DNA from: Verrucomicrobiota bacterium
GTDB lineage: Bacteria; Verrucomicrobiota; Verrucomicrobiia; Verrucomicrobiales; Akkermansiaceae
NCBI GenBank assembly: GCA_026397725.1
Contig: JAPLUI010000182.1
Location: 747-64,746 of the forward strand
Direction: 5' to 3'
DNA: 64,000 nucleotides
Shown here: piece by piece, positions 30,333 to 40,214 of the stretch
Numbering within the stretch: position 1 is the stretch's first letter
Layout of the letters: every line of letters begins with the position of its first letter
Program-made: the position numbers and the translations under genes
The notes under the pieces: generated by a model
The model's database searches: none
What the model was told of the DNA's origin: nothing
The model's input: the letters and a program-made list of their open reading frames with translations, nothing else

Positions 30333-30360
30333 AAGGCCACGGCCCCCGCCGTGGCCTTTT
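30333..30360 (+). terminator. Rho-independent terminator-like hairpin
   Basis: AAGGCCACGGC-CCCC-GCCGTGGCCTT followed by TT. Confidence 0.7.
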
Positions 30361-30481
30361 CATGTCGCAATTTCCGATACAGTCAGTGGTTCCGTGGGTG
30401 ATCTGCCTGGGACCATTTTTCATGTCACGCTGCCGGAGTCTCGCGCCAACAAGTGACGAATCACCAACCGAGTGACCCACC

Positions 30482-32254
30482 ATGAAAACAAAACTAGCCA
30501 CCCTATCCGTCGTCTCCCTGCTGCTCTGCACCTGCGGTGACAAAGCAAGCACCTCCACTGAATCCTCCGGCCCCAGCGGCACTCGCGGTGGCGTCCTGCT
30601 CACCACCGAGCTGCCACCGGAACTCATTGAAGGCACACCCCGCCCGATCATGCTGCCGCCAAACACGCCGATGTCCAACGCGCGGCCACCACGCCCCCTG
30701 GCAAACCCGAATCCCGCACCCCCGCCGTTGCTCCCGCCACTGGCGCAGGACCCGCGGCACGAGCAGCCCCCCGGCGGCTTCCTGATCCCAGGGCCGCAAC
30801 CCCCGCCGGTGGACCGCGAACGCTATGGCGAGTTGATAGACAACCCATGGCAAACACCCGTTGACGCGCCACTGTCCACCTTCAGCATTGATGTGGACAC
30901 CGCCTCCTATGCCAACGTCCGCAGCATGATTCTCGACGGTCGCAGCATCCCCACGGATGCCGTGCGACTCGAGGAAATGGTGAATTATTTCGACTACTCC
31001 TACTCCCAGCCCACAGACAATCATCCCTTCGCCATTCATGTCACTAACGCCACCTGCCCCTGGAACCCGGAGCACCAGCTTGTCCGCGTCGCGCTGAAAG
31101 GCCTCGAAATCGAGCGCACCGAGCGCTCGCCGGCCAACCTCGTTTTCCTGCTGGATGTCTCCGGCTCAATGAACGATCCGCGCAAGCTGCCGCTCGTCAC
31201 CGCCTCGCTCGAGTTGCTGCTGGAGGAACTGAACGCGTCCGACACGCTCTCGATCATCGTCTATGCCGGAGCCGAAGGCCTCGCGCTGCCACCCACCGCC
31301 TGTGATACCCAGGGCCGCGAGCGCATCATCGCGGCGCTCCGCAGCTTTCGAGCTGGCGGCACGACCAACGGCGGCGCCGGAATCAAGCTTGCCTATCAAA
31401 TCGCCCGGGACCAGTTCAAGCCCGGCGGAATCAACCGCGTCATCCTCGCCACCGACGGGGATTTCAACGTCGGCGTCACCGGCGACGGCGCGCTCGTCCG
31501 GATGGTCGCGGAAAACGCCAAGTCCAACGTCTGTCTAACGGTTCTCGGCGTCGGCTCGGGCAATCTGAACGACGGCATGCTCGAAGCGATCACCAACAAG
31601 GGCAACGGCGTCTATTATTACCTCGATTCCCTGGAGGAGGCCCGCCGAGTTTTCCTGCAAAAATTGATGGGCACCTTGGTCACCATCGCCAAGGACGTGA
31701 AGATCCAGGTCGAGTTCAACCCGGCCCGGGTGCGCGGCTACCGACTGTTAGGCTATGCCAACCGCATGCTGCGCAAGGAGGATTTCTCCAACGACAGGAT
31801 TGATGCGGGTGACATCGGCGCCGGCCACACCGTGACGGCCTTCTATGAAATTGAAACCGGCGACGCCCGTAACCTGCCGCCCGCCGAGGCGCTGCGCTAC
31901 GCCCCCCCGCAGGAACCAAGCCCGGCCGACCCATCCGCTGCGGCCGCGCCGCCGGCCAGTCGCGAGTGGCTCACCGTGAAGCTCCGCTACAAACAACCGG
32001 AAGGCGCGTGCTCGACGCTCATCGAGCGGCCCTTTACCGGCGTTTCCCGCGAGTTCGGCGAGACCGATGCCGACTTCCGCTTCGGCACTTCGGTGGCCAT
32101 GGCCGCGATGATCCTGCGCGAGGACGAGGGCCTGCCAGCCACCCGCTTCGAGGATGCGGGCATGCTGGCCGCCGCCGCGCTTGGCCCTGATCCCCATGGC
32201 TGCCGCACCGAGTTCGTTAGCCTCCTCAAGCGCCTCGCCGCCCGCCCGCATTGA
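30482..32254 (+). CDS. YfbK-like vWA domain (lipo)protein
   Basis: PLSTFSIDVDTASY, NLVFLLDVSGSM, VILATDGDFNVG, TIAKDVKIQVEFNP. Confidence 0.93.
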   Translation: MKTKLATLSVVSLLLCTCGDKASTSTESSGPSGTRGGVLLTTELPPELIEGTPRPIMLPPNTPMSNARPPRPLANPNPAPPPLLPPLAQDPRHEQPPGGFLIPGPQPPPVDRERYGELIDNPWQTPVDAPLSTFSIDVDTASYANVRSMILDGRSIPTDAVRLEEMVNYFDYSYSQPTDNHPFAIHVTNATCPWNPEHQLVRVALKGLEIERTERSPANLVFLLDVSGSMNDPRKLPLVTASLELLLEELNASDTLSIIVYAGAEGLALPPTACDTQGRERIIAALRSFRAGGTTNGGAGIKLAYQIARDQFKPGGINRVILATDGDFNVGVTGDGALVRMVAENAKSNVCLTVLGVGSGNLNDGMLEAITNKGNGVYYYLDSLEEARRVFLQKLMGTLVTIAKDVKIQVEFNPARVRGYRLLGYANRMLRKEDFSNDRIDAGDIGAGHTVTAFYEIETGDARNLPPAEALRYAPPQEPSPADPSAAAAPPASREWLTVKLRYKQPEGACSTLIERPFTGVSREFGETDADFRFGTSVAMAAMILREDEGLPATRFEDAGMLAAAALGPDPHGCRTEFVSLLKRLAARPH

Positions 32255-32409
32255 CATTGTTCCCGGCGATTCCTGGAATGTAACTATGTGTCAGACGAAT
32301 AGTCAGGAATTCGGTTGACGACGATTGGGGCGGGTTCGGAGATTGAGTTAAGGTTCTTGCCGGGGCCGTCCGCTGCTACCGTCGGGGGAGGTGTTGCAGC
32401 GGTGGGGCG

Positions 32410-32545
32410 GTGTTGGATGACGCGGTGGGTTTCGTCTTTGGTGAGGACGTGGGGCAGGCGTTGCCGGGGTTTGGCGCGGACGAACTGGTCAAGCTCGCCG
32501 ACCGGGATGCGCAAGACGTGCCGATAGGAGAAGACGATGGCAGCG
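32410..32545 (-). pseudogene. Integron-integrase (IntI-like) internal fragment
   Basis: AIVFSYRHVLRIPVGELDQFVRAKPRQRLPHVLTKDETHRVI matches the IntI segment ALLFLY..VL......RAK...RLP.VLT..E. Confidence 0.65.
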
Positions 32546-32607
32546 GGCGCAGACTCATCACCAAGCATTGCCGCAGTCAGCCAATCCCCCTGGCAGAAGG
32601 TCAGGGC

Positions 32608-34899
32608 TCAGGGCCTGGCCGCGATGTGATAGAGCCGCTTGGCGGTGACCACCCACAACGCGTTGCCGACGAGCGCGGGGCGGGCATACAGCGGGGCGTT
32701 CATCGTGATTTTCGCGAGTTGCACTTTTCGGCGTCCGGTCTTGAGCACGGTCATCACGCCGTCCTCGTTGCCCACATACAAGCGGTCCTTGGTGAGCAGC
32801 AGGCAGCCCCAGATGGCAGCGTCGGTGGCGTGTTTCCACACGACCGCGCCCGATGCCGCTTCGAGGCAAAACACGGTGCCTCCCAGATCGCCGACATAGA
32901 GCAAGCCATCCTGTGCCACGGGGGGCCCCACCACGCGGCCGACCTCGCGGCAGGTCCAGAGGCGGCGGCTGCCGGTGACGTCGCCCTGACCGTTGGGACT
33001 CACCGCATGGAGCAGGGACGGGCCGTTGCCATGGCTGGGGTCCTGGCCCATCGCGAGGAACACGCGGCCATCCTGATAGAGCGGTGACGCGATGATGGAA
33101 TTGCGGGAAAAGACTCCCGGGCGTGGCAGCCATTTGGCATCCCCGGGGTTGCCGTCGAAGCACCAGATTTCGCGGCCGGTGGCCGCGTCGAACCCCCGCA
33201 ACCAGCCGTCGCCGCCACCAAAGAGCACCTGTGGGTGGCCGTTGACGCTTGCCACCACCGGGCTACACCACTGGCCGTGGAGCACCCGTTCGCCGGGGCC
33301 GATGGCACGCCAGACGACTTCGCCGGAGTGTTTGTTCACCGCGATGAGGCTTGGCGCGCGGGGTGAGGGCACCCGCGTGTGCCCTTCGTTGCGGCCGTTG
33401 GAGGTGCAGACCACCAGCAGCTCGCCCGCAGCGGCGACTTCGCTGTTAGATGCCTCGTGCGGAAAGACGCCGAGGCGGGCACACAGGTCCAACTCCCAGA
33501 CGATGTCGGACGAGCCGGGGTCGCGGGAGTTTTCCCCTTGGAACGGACCATCGTTCTTGCCGTCGCGGAAACCCTGCGTGTCCAAACAGCGGAGTTGGCA
33601 TTCCGCAGTCATGTAGTAAAGCCGGTCGCCCTCGACCAAGGCTGCGCCGGTGGTCGAGGGCAGCAGGAATTCCCGCAGGCCCCGCTTGACCCGGGGCGCC
33701 GCATCCTGCCACAGAAAGCCGCCGTCCTTGGCCCCGAAGGCCATCAGCACGCCGCAGTCGTCCTGACAGGCCGGATTCAGGTGCCGGGCATTGTCGGTTC
33801 CCACATAGACCTGGCCGCCCGCGACCACCGGCCGGCCGAAGGTGTCATCTCCCAACGGGGTGCTCCAGACGATGTTGCGTCCGGTGGCCGGGTCCCAATC
33901 GACCGGCGGATTGCCCGCTGCGGGTGCAGTGGCCATGGCGGCTGCGGCTGCGGCCAGCGGTGGCGCGACGGCCGCAGCATCGAGCTGGGCGGAGGGCCGC
34001 TTGGGTGCGGTGCCGGTGATCCGTTCCAGCGCCCACACCGCCTCGGCATGCAGCGAAGGATCGGCTGCCGCAGCACGCAGCGGGTCAAGCGCCGCCGCCG
34101 CCTTGGCGCCGATGTTGCCCAGCGCCCCGGCCGCGCAGATCCGCACCAAGAGAAACTCGTCCTTGAGGGCATCGATCAACCGTGGCACGGCGGGTGCCGC
34201 CGGTGGACCAATCGCGGCCAAGGCTTCGCATGCCGCCCACCGCCCGCCCGCCACTGCGTCATCGAGCGCTTTGGCCAGGGCGGGCGTGGCGGCGGCGGCC
34301 TCCGGGCCGATGGATGCCAGGGCCTCGGCCGCATAAATCCGCAGATGCTCGTCGTGGTGCGACAACGCCCTAACCAGATCGGGCACCGCAGGTGCGGCGA
34401 TGGTGCCCAACGCGCCCAAGGCCCGCGCCGCATCGCGGGCCACCCGCGGGTCTTCGTCCTGCAAGGCCCGGACCAACGCGGGCTGCGCTGCCACCGTATC
34501 GGGCGCGAAGTCAATCAGGATGCCGACCGCTTGCAGGCGCACGGACGCCTCCTCCTGGGTTAGCGCTTCGACTAACAACGGCACGGCAGCCGGGCCAAGG
34601 CGACGGATGATCTCGAAGGTCTCCTGCCGCAGGCCCCCGTCGGGATCGGCGAGCAAGCACCGCAGCAGGGGCAGGGCCTGCGCCTCTCCCAGCACCAGGA
34701 CCGCTGCGGCGTCCGCGCGGTCCGTCGCGTTTTCGACCGTCAGGCGGCCGGCCCAGGTGCGGACCAGGCCGGGCTCCGCGAGCAGGTCGCGCTCGGTGGG
34801 CAGGTCCCGGCCCCCGGCCGAGATCAGGGACGCCACCACGCAAAATCCAACCGCAACCGGCAACTGCAGCGTCCCCACATAGGCACGGTGCCATGGCAT
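32608..34899 (-). CDS. HEAT-repeat plus PQQ-like beta-propeller protein
   Basis: Repeated AVP.L..AL.D....VR..AA.AL..IG units followed by BamB-like WxxxG/SP blades. Start uncertain. Confidence 0.88.
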   Translation of the reverse strand: MPWHRAYVGTLQLPVAVGFCVVASLISAGGRDLPTERDLLAEPGLVRTWAGRLTVENATDRADAAAVLVLGEAQALPLLRCLLADPDGGLRQETFEIIRRLGPAAVPLLVEALTQEEASVRLQAVGILIDFAPDTVAAQPALVRALQDEDPRVARDAARALGALGTIAAPAVPDLVRALSHHDEHLRIYAAEALASIGPEAAAATPALAKALDDAVAGGRWAACEALAAIGPPAAPAVPRLIDALKDEFLLVRICAAGALGNIGAKAAAALDPLRAAAADPSLHAEAVWALERITGTAPKRPSAQLDAAAVAPPLAAAAAAMATAPAAGNPPVDWDPATGRNIVWSTPLGDDTFGRPVVAGGQVYVGTDNARHLNPACQDDCGVLMAFGAKDGGFLWQDAAPRVKRGLREFLLPSTTGAALVEGDRLYYMTAECQLRCLDTQGFRDGKNDGPFQGENSRDPGSSDIVWELDLCARLGVFPHEASNSEVAAAGELLVVCTSNGRNEGHTRVPSPRAPSLIAVNKHSGEVVWRAIGPGERVLHGQWCSPVVASVNGHPQVLFGGGDGWLRGFDAATGREIWCFDGNPGDAKWLPRPGVFSRNSIIASPLYQDGRVFLAMGQDPSHGNGPSLLHAVSPNGQGDVTGSRRLWTCREVGRVVGPPVAQDGLLYVGDLGGTVFCLEAASGAVVWKHATDAAIWGCLLLTKDRLYVGNEDGVMTVLKTGRRKVQLAKITMNAPLYARPALVGNALWVVTAKRLYHIAARP

Positions 34900-34949
34900 G
34901 ATGAAAGGTGATTGCGTCACGAGTTGAGGCACTGAGACTACCCTTCGCA

Positions 34950-35080
34950 AGGCGCATGGCCAGGATCAAATCCGTCCACTCGATTGCTTCCTCTGAAAGG
35001 GGCACCTCCGCGTCGTGGTTCAATCCTGCGGAATCAAGCTCCCCCCGGCATGGTCTGAAAAAACCGCTCAGCGGTGGAGA
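34950..35080 (-). pseudogene. Low-MW phosphotyrosine-phosphatase-like fragment
   Basis: TAE, then a frameshift, then VFSDHAGGELDSAGLNHDAEVPLSEEAIEWTDLILAM. Confidence 0.6.
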
Positions 35081-35169
35081 GCCGGCCCGTGCGAAGTCGG
35101 CTTCGGTTACTCCGTCATCTTGACGGAGATTGCAGCGGAAAGATCGGGTCGCCGCCGTGCGTAAGCGAC

Positions 35170-35289
35170 ACTAAAGCCAACGCAACCAAGAAGAGCATCA
35201 AGTCACTGCTCGGCAAGCCGTGCAAGGTCAAGTATGGCGACCAGGTACGCCCAATGAAGGTCAAGCAGGGCGAAACTTTCAGAGGGTAG
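35170..35289 (+). pseudogene. Possible C-terminal remnant of a GH95-like glycosidase
   Basis: IKSLLGKPCKVKYGDQVRPMKVKQGETF* resembles the C-terminus of GH95 fucosidases. Confidence 0.35.
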
Positions 35290-35428
35290 CTGCGGCGTCC
35301 CGTCGCAGGCCGTGCCGGAGGCGTCTCGCCCAATCCTGTCCGCATGGCGCTTCCTGATTGGCAGCCAGCGCATCCTGCCCGATGGGTTCCATGACCCCTG
35401 GTTCCGTGCCGGTCTTGGCCGTTTGAAC

Positions 35429-36451
35429 TCACTGAACCAACTCGCGGGCGGCGTAGGCCATGCCGATGGCGGCGGCGGCATCCCCGCCGAGAGCCCACTC
35501 GAAGCGGGTGGTCACCTGCTGCTGGTCCAGCGGACTGAAGCGGTAAACCGACCAGGCACGGTCGGCGAAACCTTCCTCAATCCAGGTCATGTAGAGGTCG
35601 CGGAAGGAGGTTTCGGCGAGGCCGCCGCCGATGACGACCAGGCCCGGATCAAACACCCGCACCAGATCGGCGATGAGGAAGCCGAGGATGAAGCCTTGCT
35701 GCCGGAAAATGCTTACGGCAAGTTCATCGCCGTGTTGGGCGAAGTCCCGCAGCCGGAAGGCTTTCTCTTCGATCGGCGCGTCGGTTTGATTGAGCGGATG
35801 AGCGGCCCATTGCGGTTTGGCCAGTTCGAGGCCGAGCCTACGGCGCAGCGCCATGAGCGACACCCAGGCCTCCGAGCAACCGGTTAGGCCGCACGAGCAG
35901 GCCGGCAGGGTGCCATCGTCCTCGCGGAACGGCACACTCACGTGACCCACTTCCAGGGCCAGCCCGTTGACCCCTTCATAGCAGCGGCCACCGGGCAGCA
36001 CCAGTCCGCCGCCCAGGCCGGTGCCGGGGGCGACCAACATCAGGCTGCTGGTATGGTACTTGCGCACGGCATACTCGCCCACTGCGGCGGCATTGCCATC
36101 GTTGGTCATGAACACCGGCATGCCTACCCGGGCCGACAAGCGCCCGCGGATGTCGGTTCCCACCCAGTCGTCGGCCAGATTCGCGCGGCCCCAGACCACT
36201 CCCCCGCTGCTGGGTGCCGGCACGTCGAGCCCAATGCCGGCGATGGCACTGCGTGCAATCCCGGCACCGTCGGCGAGTTGCCCGAGCGCCAGTTCCAATT
36301 GGCCGAAGGTCGCCTCGTAGCCGTCCTTGACCAAGCTGCGGACTTCCACCAGGGGGCCGGCCTGTTCGGCCTGAGCGTCAACCAATACCCCCTTGACGGT
36401 GGTGCCACCAATGTCAAGGCCCGCAAAATAAGAAGAAGAAGGGTTGGTCAT
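35429..36451 (-). CDS. ROK-family sugar kinase
   Basis: GLDIGGT, NDGNAAAVGE, GTGLGGG, EVGH, CSCG..GCSEA. Confidence 0.93.
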   Translation of the reverse strand: MTNPSSSYFAGLDIGGTTVKGVLVDAQAEQAGPLVEVRSLVKDGYEATFGQLELALGQLADGAGIARSAIAGIGLDVPAPSSGGVVWGRANLADDWVGTDIRGRLSARVGMPVFMTNDGNAAAVGEYAVRKYHTSSLMLVAPGTGLGGGLVLPGGRCYEGVNGLALEVGHVSVPFREDDGTLPACSCGLTGCSEAWVSLMALRRRLGLELAKPQWAAHPLNQTDAPIEEKAFRLRDFAQHGDELAVSIFRQQGFILGFLIADLVRVFDPGLVVIGGGLAETSFRDLYMTWIEEGFADRAWSVYRFSPLDQQQVTTRFEWALGGDAAAAIGMAYAARELVQ

Positions 36452-36625
36452 GCTCGTGGTGGTGATGGAAATGGCTTAACGCCGCCCAGGCTCGCCGGAT
36501 TCCCCCGCTTTGTCAAGACAGGGCCTCAAGGATTGGATTATTCTCCGCATCCCCCGCATTCACGGTTCATTCGCCGAGGGTCATGGCCCGCCGCCACCAT
36601 CCCTCGAACCACAACCCCGCTCCCG

Positions 36626-36660
36626 CGTCGGACGCGTCCGACGTGTCGGACGTATCGGAC
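36626..36660. repeat. 18-bp perfect palindrome within a 9-bp-period GTCGGAC repeat
   Basis: CGTCGGACGCGTCCGACG followed by TGTCGGACGTATCGGAC. Confidence 0.8.
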
Positions 36661-36717
36661 AAGAGAACGCCCCACGCGAGTGGCGGTTCACCGCAAGCTG
36701 TTGCCATGCGTGATCGC

Positions 36718-37230
36718 CTAGCGGGATGATGGAGCCCTTGATGGAGTCCTTGATGAAGTCTTTGATGGAGTCCTTGGGTAGGTGAGCGTACGGCCGTGGA
36801 TGGCACGCTTGGTGTGCGCGACGGAATCGGCTTCATCCTCGTCCATGCCGGCCAGAATGCCCGCGAGATCGGTGGCGATCTCCTTGCGCATCTTGGAGAC
36901 CAGTTCGACCCCTTTTGAGGTGATGCGAACCATGATCTTGCGGCGGTCATCCATCGCGTGGAGGCGCTCAACGTAGGACAGTTTCTCCAGGCGATCGACC
37001 AAGCCCGTGGCGGCGGCAGTCGAGTGGCCCATCTTCTTGGCGATGTCTGACATGGTCAGGAATTCTTCGCTGGAAAGATAGGCGAGGAGGAAGAACTGCG
37101 GAAACGAAAGGTTTCCTTTGTTGAGTTCCGTTGACAGGTTGAGAATGCAACTCCGTTGGGTGAAAATAACGAAGTCAGCAAGGCGGTCGGCATCGGCTTT
37201 CACCGCGGGACCCAGGGTGGTTTGTTTCAT
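36718..37230 (-). CDS. MarR-family transcriptional regulator
   Basis: LSFPQFFLL, TMSDIA..MGHS.AAATGLVDRLEK..YVER...DRR...V.IT.KG. The tail is encoded by 12-bp tandem repeats. Confidence 0.93.
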   Translation of the reverse strand: MKQTTLGPAVKADADRLADFVIFTQRSCILNLSTELNKGNLSFPQFFLLAYLSSEEFLTMSDIAKKMGHSTAAATGLVDRLEKLSYVERLHAMDDRRKIMVRITSKGVELVSKMRKEIATDLAGILAGMDEDEADSVAHTKRAIHGRTLTYPRTPSKTSSRTPSRAPSSR

Positions 37231-37410
37231 GGCTGGTTGGTTGGTTCATGTTAGACACATGACACGTAAAGCAACTCCAGGGGTTGTTGGAAAATCTGCC
37301 GGACTTCTGGCTGGTCGTCACGGGCAGGCTTGGAATCAAACAACAACTGGAGTTTCAATCGGGACAAGCGGAAGGTATGAGCCTTTGGCATTCTTGGAAA
37401 GCAAAAAATC

Positions 37411-37881
37411 TTAGGATGGCTGAATATATTTCAAAAACATTTGCGGTTCATTGATTTTCAGTGGTTTCCGTAGGCGAGGGGATTCCCCTGGGGGAGGGGT
37501 TGGCGTGGGGTTGGGAGTGTCCGTGGCGGTTTTTCGGGTGGCGGCAGGCAGCAGGAACACGGCGTCACCCACCTCCGGGGTGCCGGATTGCAGGTCGGCG
37601 GCGGCGAATTGGCCGAGCGTTTCTCCGGTCGTGAGCAGATTGGCGCTCCGTTCCTCCGGGCCGCGGGTGACCAGGACGGAGCCGCTCGCCACCTCCCATT
37701 TGCCGTAGCTCTGGATGAGCACGAAGCGCCGGTCGGCCGGGATCGAGGCAATGCGGCCAACGAGTCTGGGGTGGGTGGCCGGGTCTTCGGTGGCGGCCGG
37801 TTTTCCCATCCCCAGCCAAGCGCAGGAGACGGCGGCGAGGCACCCGAGGGCGGCGAGCAGGAGCAGGGCAGGGGGCTGCAT
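37411..37881 (-). CDS. Hypothetical lipoprotein
   Basis: Lipobox-like LAAVSC after a hydrophobic leader; starts just downstream of pdxH. Confidence 0.7.
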   Translation of the reverse strand: MQPPALLLLAALGCLAAVSCAWLGMGKPAATEDPATHPRLVGRIASIPADRRFVLIQSYGKWEVASGSVLVTRGPEERSANLLTTGETLGQFAAADLQSGTPEVGDAVFLLPAATRKTATDTPNPTPTPPPGESPRLRKPLKINEPQMFLKYIQPS

Positions 37882-37910
37882 GGCGGCGGGGGTGTGGCGG
37901 AGGCCGCCGC

Positions 37911-38546
37911 TCACGGTGAGAGTCGCGCGATGCTCCAGCCATCGGGCTTGCGCTGATAGAGAAACCGGTCGTGCAAGCGTGCCGGGCCGCCCTGCCAGAA
38001 CTCGATGGCATCTATCACAATCCGATAGCCGCCCCAGAACGAGGGCAGCGGGATTTCGCCGTGGCTGAATTTCTCGCGGATTTCGGCGATTTTCTGCAGC
38101 AGGAATTTCCGTGAGGTGATGATTTCGCTTTGGTTGGAGACCCAGGCGCCGAGCTGGGATTCCCGCGGGCGAGAGCTGAAATACCGGAGGGATTCCGCCG
38201 TGCTGATGGATTCCGCGCGGCCTTGCAGAATCACCTGTCGTTCCAGGGTGATCCATGGAAACAACGCGCAGACCTGCGGATTGGCGGCGATTTGGCGGGC
38301 CTTGCGGCTGCCGAAGTTGGTGAAAAAGACGAAGCCGGCGGCATCGAAGTACTTGAGCAGGACGGCCCGTTGATAGGGCATGCCGCCCGCGTCCACCGTC
38401 GCCAGCATCATGGCATTGGGCTCAGGCACCTGCAACTCGGTGGCTTGCGCAAACCAGGCCGCGAATTGCGCCACCGGATCGGCCTTGAGGTCTTGCCGGT
38501 GCAGGCCGCGGCTGGAGTATTCCTTGCGAAAATCGGACAAATCCAT
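37911..38546 (-). CDS. pdxH: Pyridoxamine 5'-phosphate oxidase
   Basis: EPNAMMLAT, R.VLLK, SRK, YF.SRPR.SQLGAW.S.QS, WGGY, EFWQG...RLHDR. Confidence 0.96.
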   Translation of the reverse strand: MDLSDFRKEYSSRGLHRQDLKADPVAQFAAWFAQATELQVPEPNAMMLATVDAGGMPYQRAVLLKYFDAAGFVFFTNFGSRKARQIAANPQVCALFPWITLERQVILQGRAESISTAESLRYFSSRPRESQLGAWVSNQSEIITSRKFLLQKIAEIREKFSHGEIPLPSFWGGYRIVIDAIEFWQGGPARLHDRFLYQRKPDGWSIARLSP

Positions 38547-38739
38547 GCACCGTTCATAGTCCCTGCGCATCTGCCGCGCAAGACCGTTGGTGGTTTTGTT
38601 TGCAGGATTGCGGCCGGGGTTGGAATGGCTTTGAATGCGGCGCATGTCCCTGCCATGTCAGCCGTTCTCACCAGGGATGGCGGCCCGGAGAGCCGCTGTG
38701 GCAAGACCCGCTGGAGGCATTTTCGGCTGGGCGCTCGGC

Positions 38740-38900
38740 GATCTGCTCATGGTGCCCGGCGTGAACCGCCTGCTGGGGACGAACTTCGGCTTTGCGACGC
38801 GTCCGCCGGACAATCCGAGCCTGCTCGATCATCTCGGGTCGTGGCCGTGGTATATGGCTTTGGCGCTGGCGCTTGCCCTGCTGCGGTTTTTTTGCTGGCC
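38740..38900 (+). pseudogene. C-terminal fragment of a YwaF/TIGR02206-like membrane protein
   Basis: NRLLGTNFGF...PDNPSLLDHLGSWPWY motif without the N-terminal portion. Confidence 0.55.
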
Positions 38901-38975
38901 CTGCCATGCGGGCGATCCGCCACGCGGGCAAAATGATTTGGTGCTGGGGGAGTTCCGGCGCTATAGGTTCCGGCC

Positions 38976-40205
38976 ATGAGCGCATCCGCATCCGCCACCC
39001 CGCCGCCCCGCGTCAACCTTCGCCGTCCCGAGGTGATGGAACGGGTCTCGGCCGAGGTCGCCAGGCACTATCAATCGTCGCTGGTCGAAAAACTCCGCGC
39101 GCGTGGCGGCTTGCTCACCATCGGCCACACCACGGTTCACCTCGCCAAGGAGTTCGGGTTTTGCTACGGCGTCGAGCGGGCCATCGACCTCGCCTACGCG
39201 TCCCGCCGGGTATTTCCGGAACAGCGGATTTTCCTCATCGGGGAAATCATCCACAATCCGGAGGTCAACCGCCAGCTTTGCTCCATGAACATCGCCTCGC
39301 TGCCATGGCAGGAACTGGACGCGAGCTATGAGGCGCTGAGCGCCGAGGACGTGGTGATCGTGCCGGCGTTTGGCGCGCCCACCGCTTTCATGGACAAACT
39401 CGAGGAACGCGGCTGCCAGGTGATTGACACCACCTGTGGCGACGTCATGAAAGTCTGGCGGCGCGTCCGCAGCTATGCCAAGGATGGGGTCACTTCCATC
39501 ATTCATGGCAAGGCCAACCATGAGGAAACCCGGGCCACGGCATCCCGTGCCCTCGGTGATGCGGGCAATGGCCAGTATCTCGTCATTCTCACATTGGCGG
39601 ACGCGGACTGGGTCTGTGACTATATCGGCGGCAAGGGCCACCGGGAGGCCTTTCTGGAGCACTTCAAGCAGGCATATTCACCCGGGTTCGATCCGGACCT
39701 GCATCTCAGGCGGGTGGGCGTGGCGAATCAAACCACCATGCTCAAAAGCGAAACCGAGGAAATCCAGCGCCGCCTGCGCGAGGCCGTGCTTGGGCGGGAT
39801 GGCAACGCCGCGGGCCTGGTGGTGTTCGACACCATTTGCGGCGCCACCCAGGAGCGCCAGGATGCCTTGTTTGAGATGTTGCGCGAACCGCCCGACCTGC
39901 TGCTCGTCGTCGGCGGGTACAACAGCTCTAACACCTCCCACCTGGTCGAGATCGGCGAGCAGCACCTGCCGACGTTCTTCATCCGCGATGCCGCGTGCAT
40001 CAGGTCGTTGGAGGAAATCGTCCACTTTGACCTCCGGCGCCGGGCGGAAGTCACCTCGGCGTATGCCCGGATCTTGCTCGGGAATGACCCGGTGACGGTG
40101 GGCATCACCGCCGGCGCCTCCTGTCCTAACAATCTGATCGAGGCCGCCATTGTCAGGATCTTCGAGCTGCGGGGGATCGACCGCGCGACGCTCGCCGGGG
40201 CCTGA
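38976..40205 (+). CDS. ispH: 4-hydroxy-3-methylbut-2-enyl diphosphate reductase
   Basis: FGFCYGVERA, IIHNP, DTTC, HEET, NQTT, DTICGAT.ERQ, SSNT, TAGASCP. Confidence 0.96.
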   Translation: MSASASATPPPRVNLRRPEVMERVSAEVARHYQSSLVEKLRARGGLLTIGHTTVHLAKEFGFCYGVERAIDLAYASRRVFPEQRIFLIGEIIHNPEVNRQLCSMNIASLPWQELDASYEALSAEDVVIVPAFGAPTAFMDKLEERGCQVIDTTCGDVMKVWRRVRSYAKDGVTSIIHGKANHEETRATASRALGDAGNGQYLVILTLADADWVCDYIGGKGHREAFLEHFKQAYSPGFDPDLHLRRVGVANQTTMLKSETEEIQRRLREAVLGRDGNAAGLVVFDTICGATQERQDALFEMLREPPDLLLVVGGYNSSNTSHLVEIGEQHLPTFFIRDAACIRSLEEIVHFDLRRRAEVTSAYARILLGNDPVTVGITAGASCPNNLIEAAIVRIFELRGIDRATLAGA

Positions 40206-40214
40206 GCCACCGGG

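Noticed and set aside
33379-34563. Long antisense ORFs (also 363-1475, 47099-48271, 54602-56125, 57615-58877)
   Set aside because: These are shadows of well-supported opposite-strand genes, as expected in high-GC DNA.
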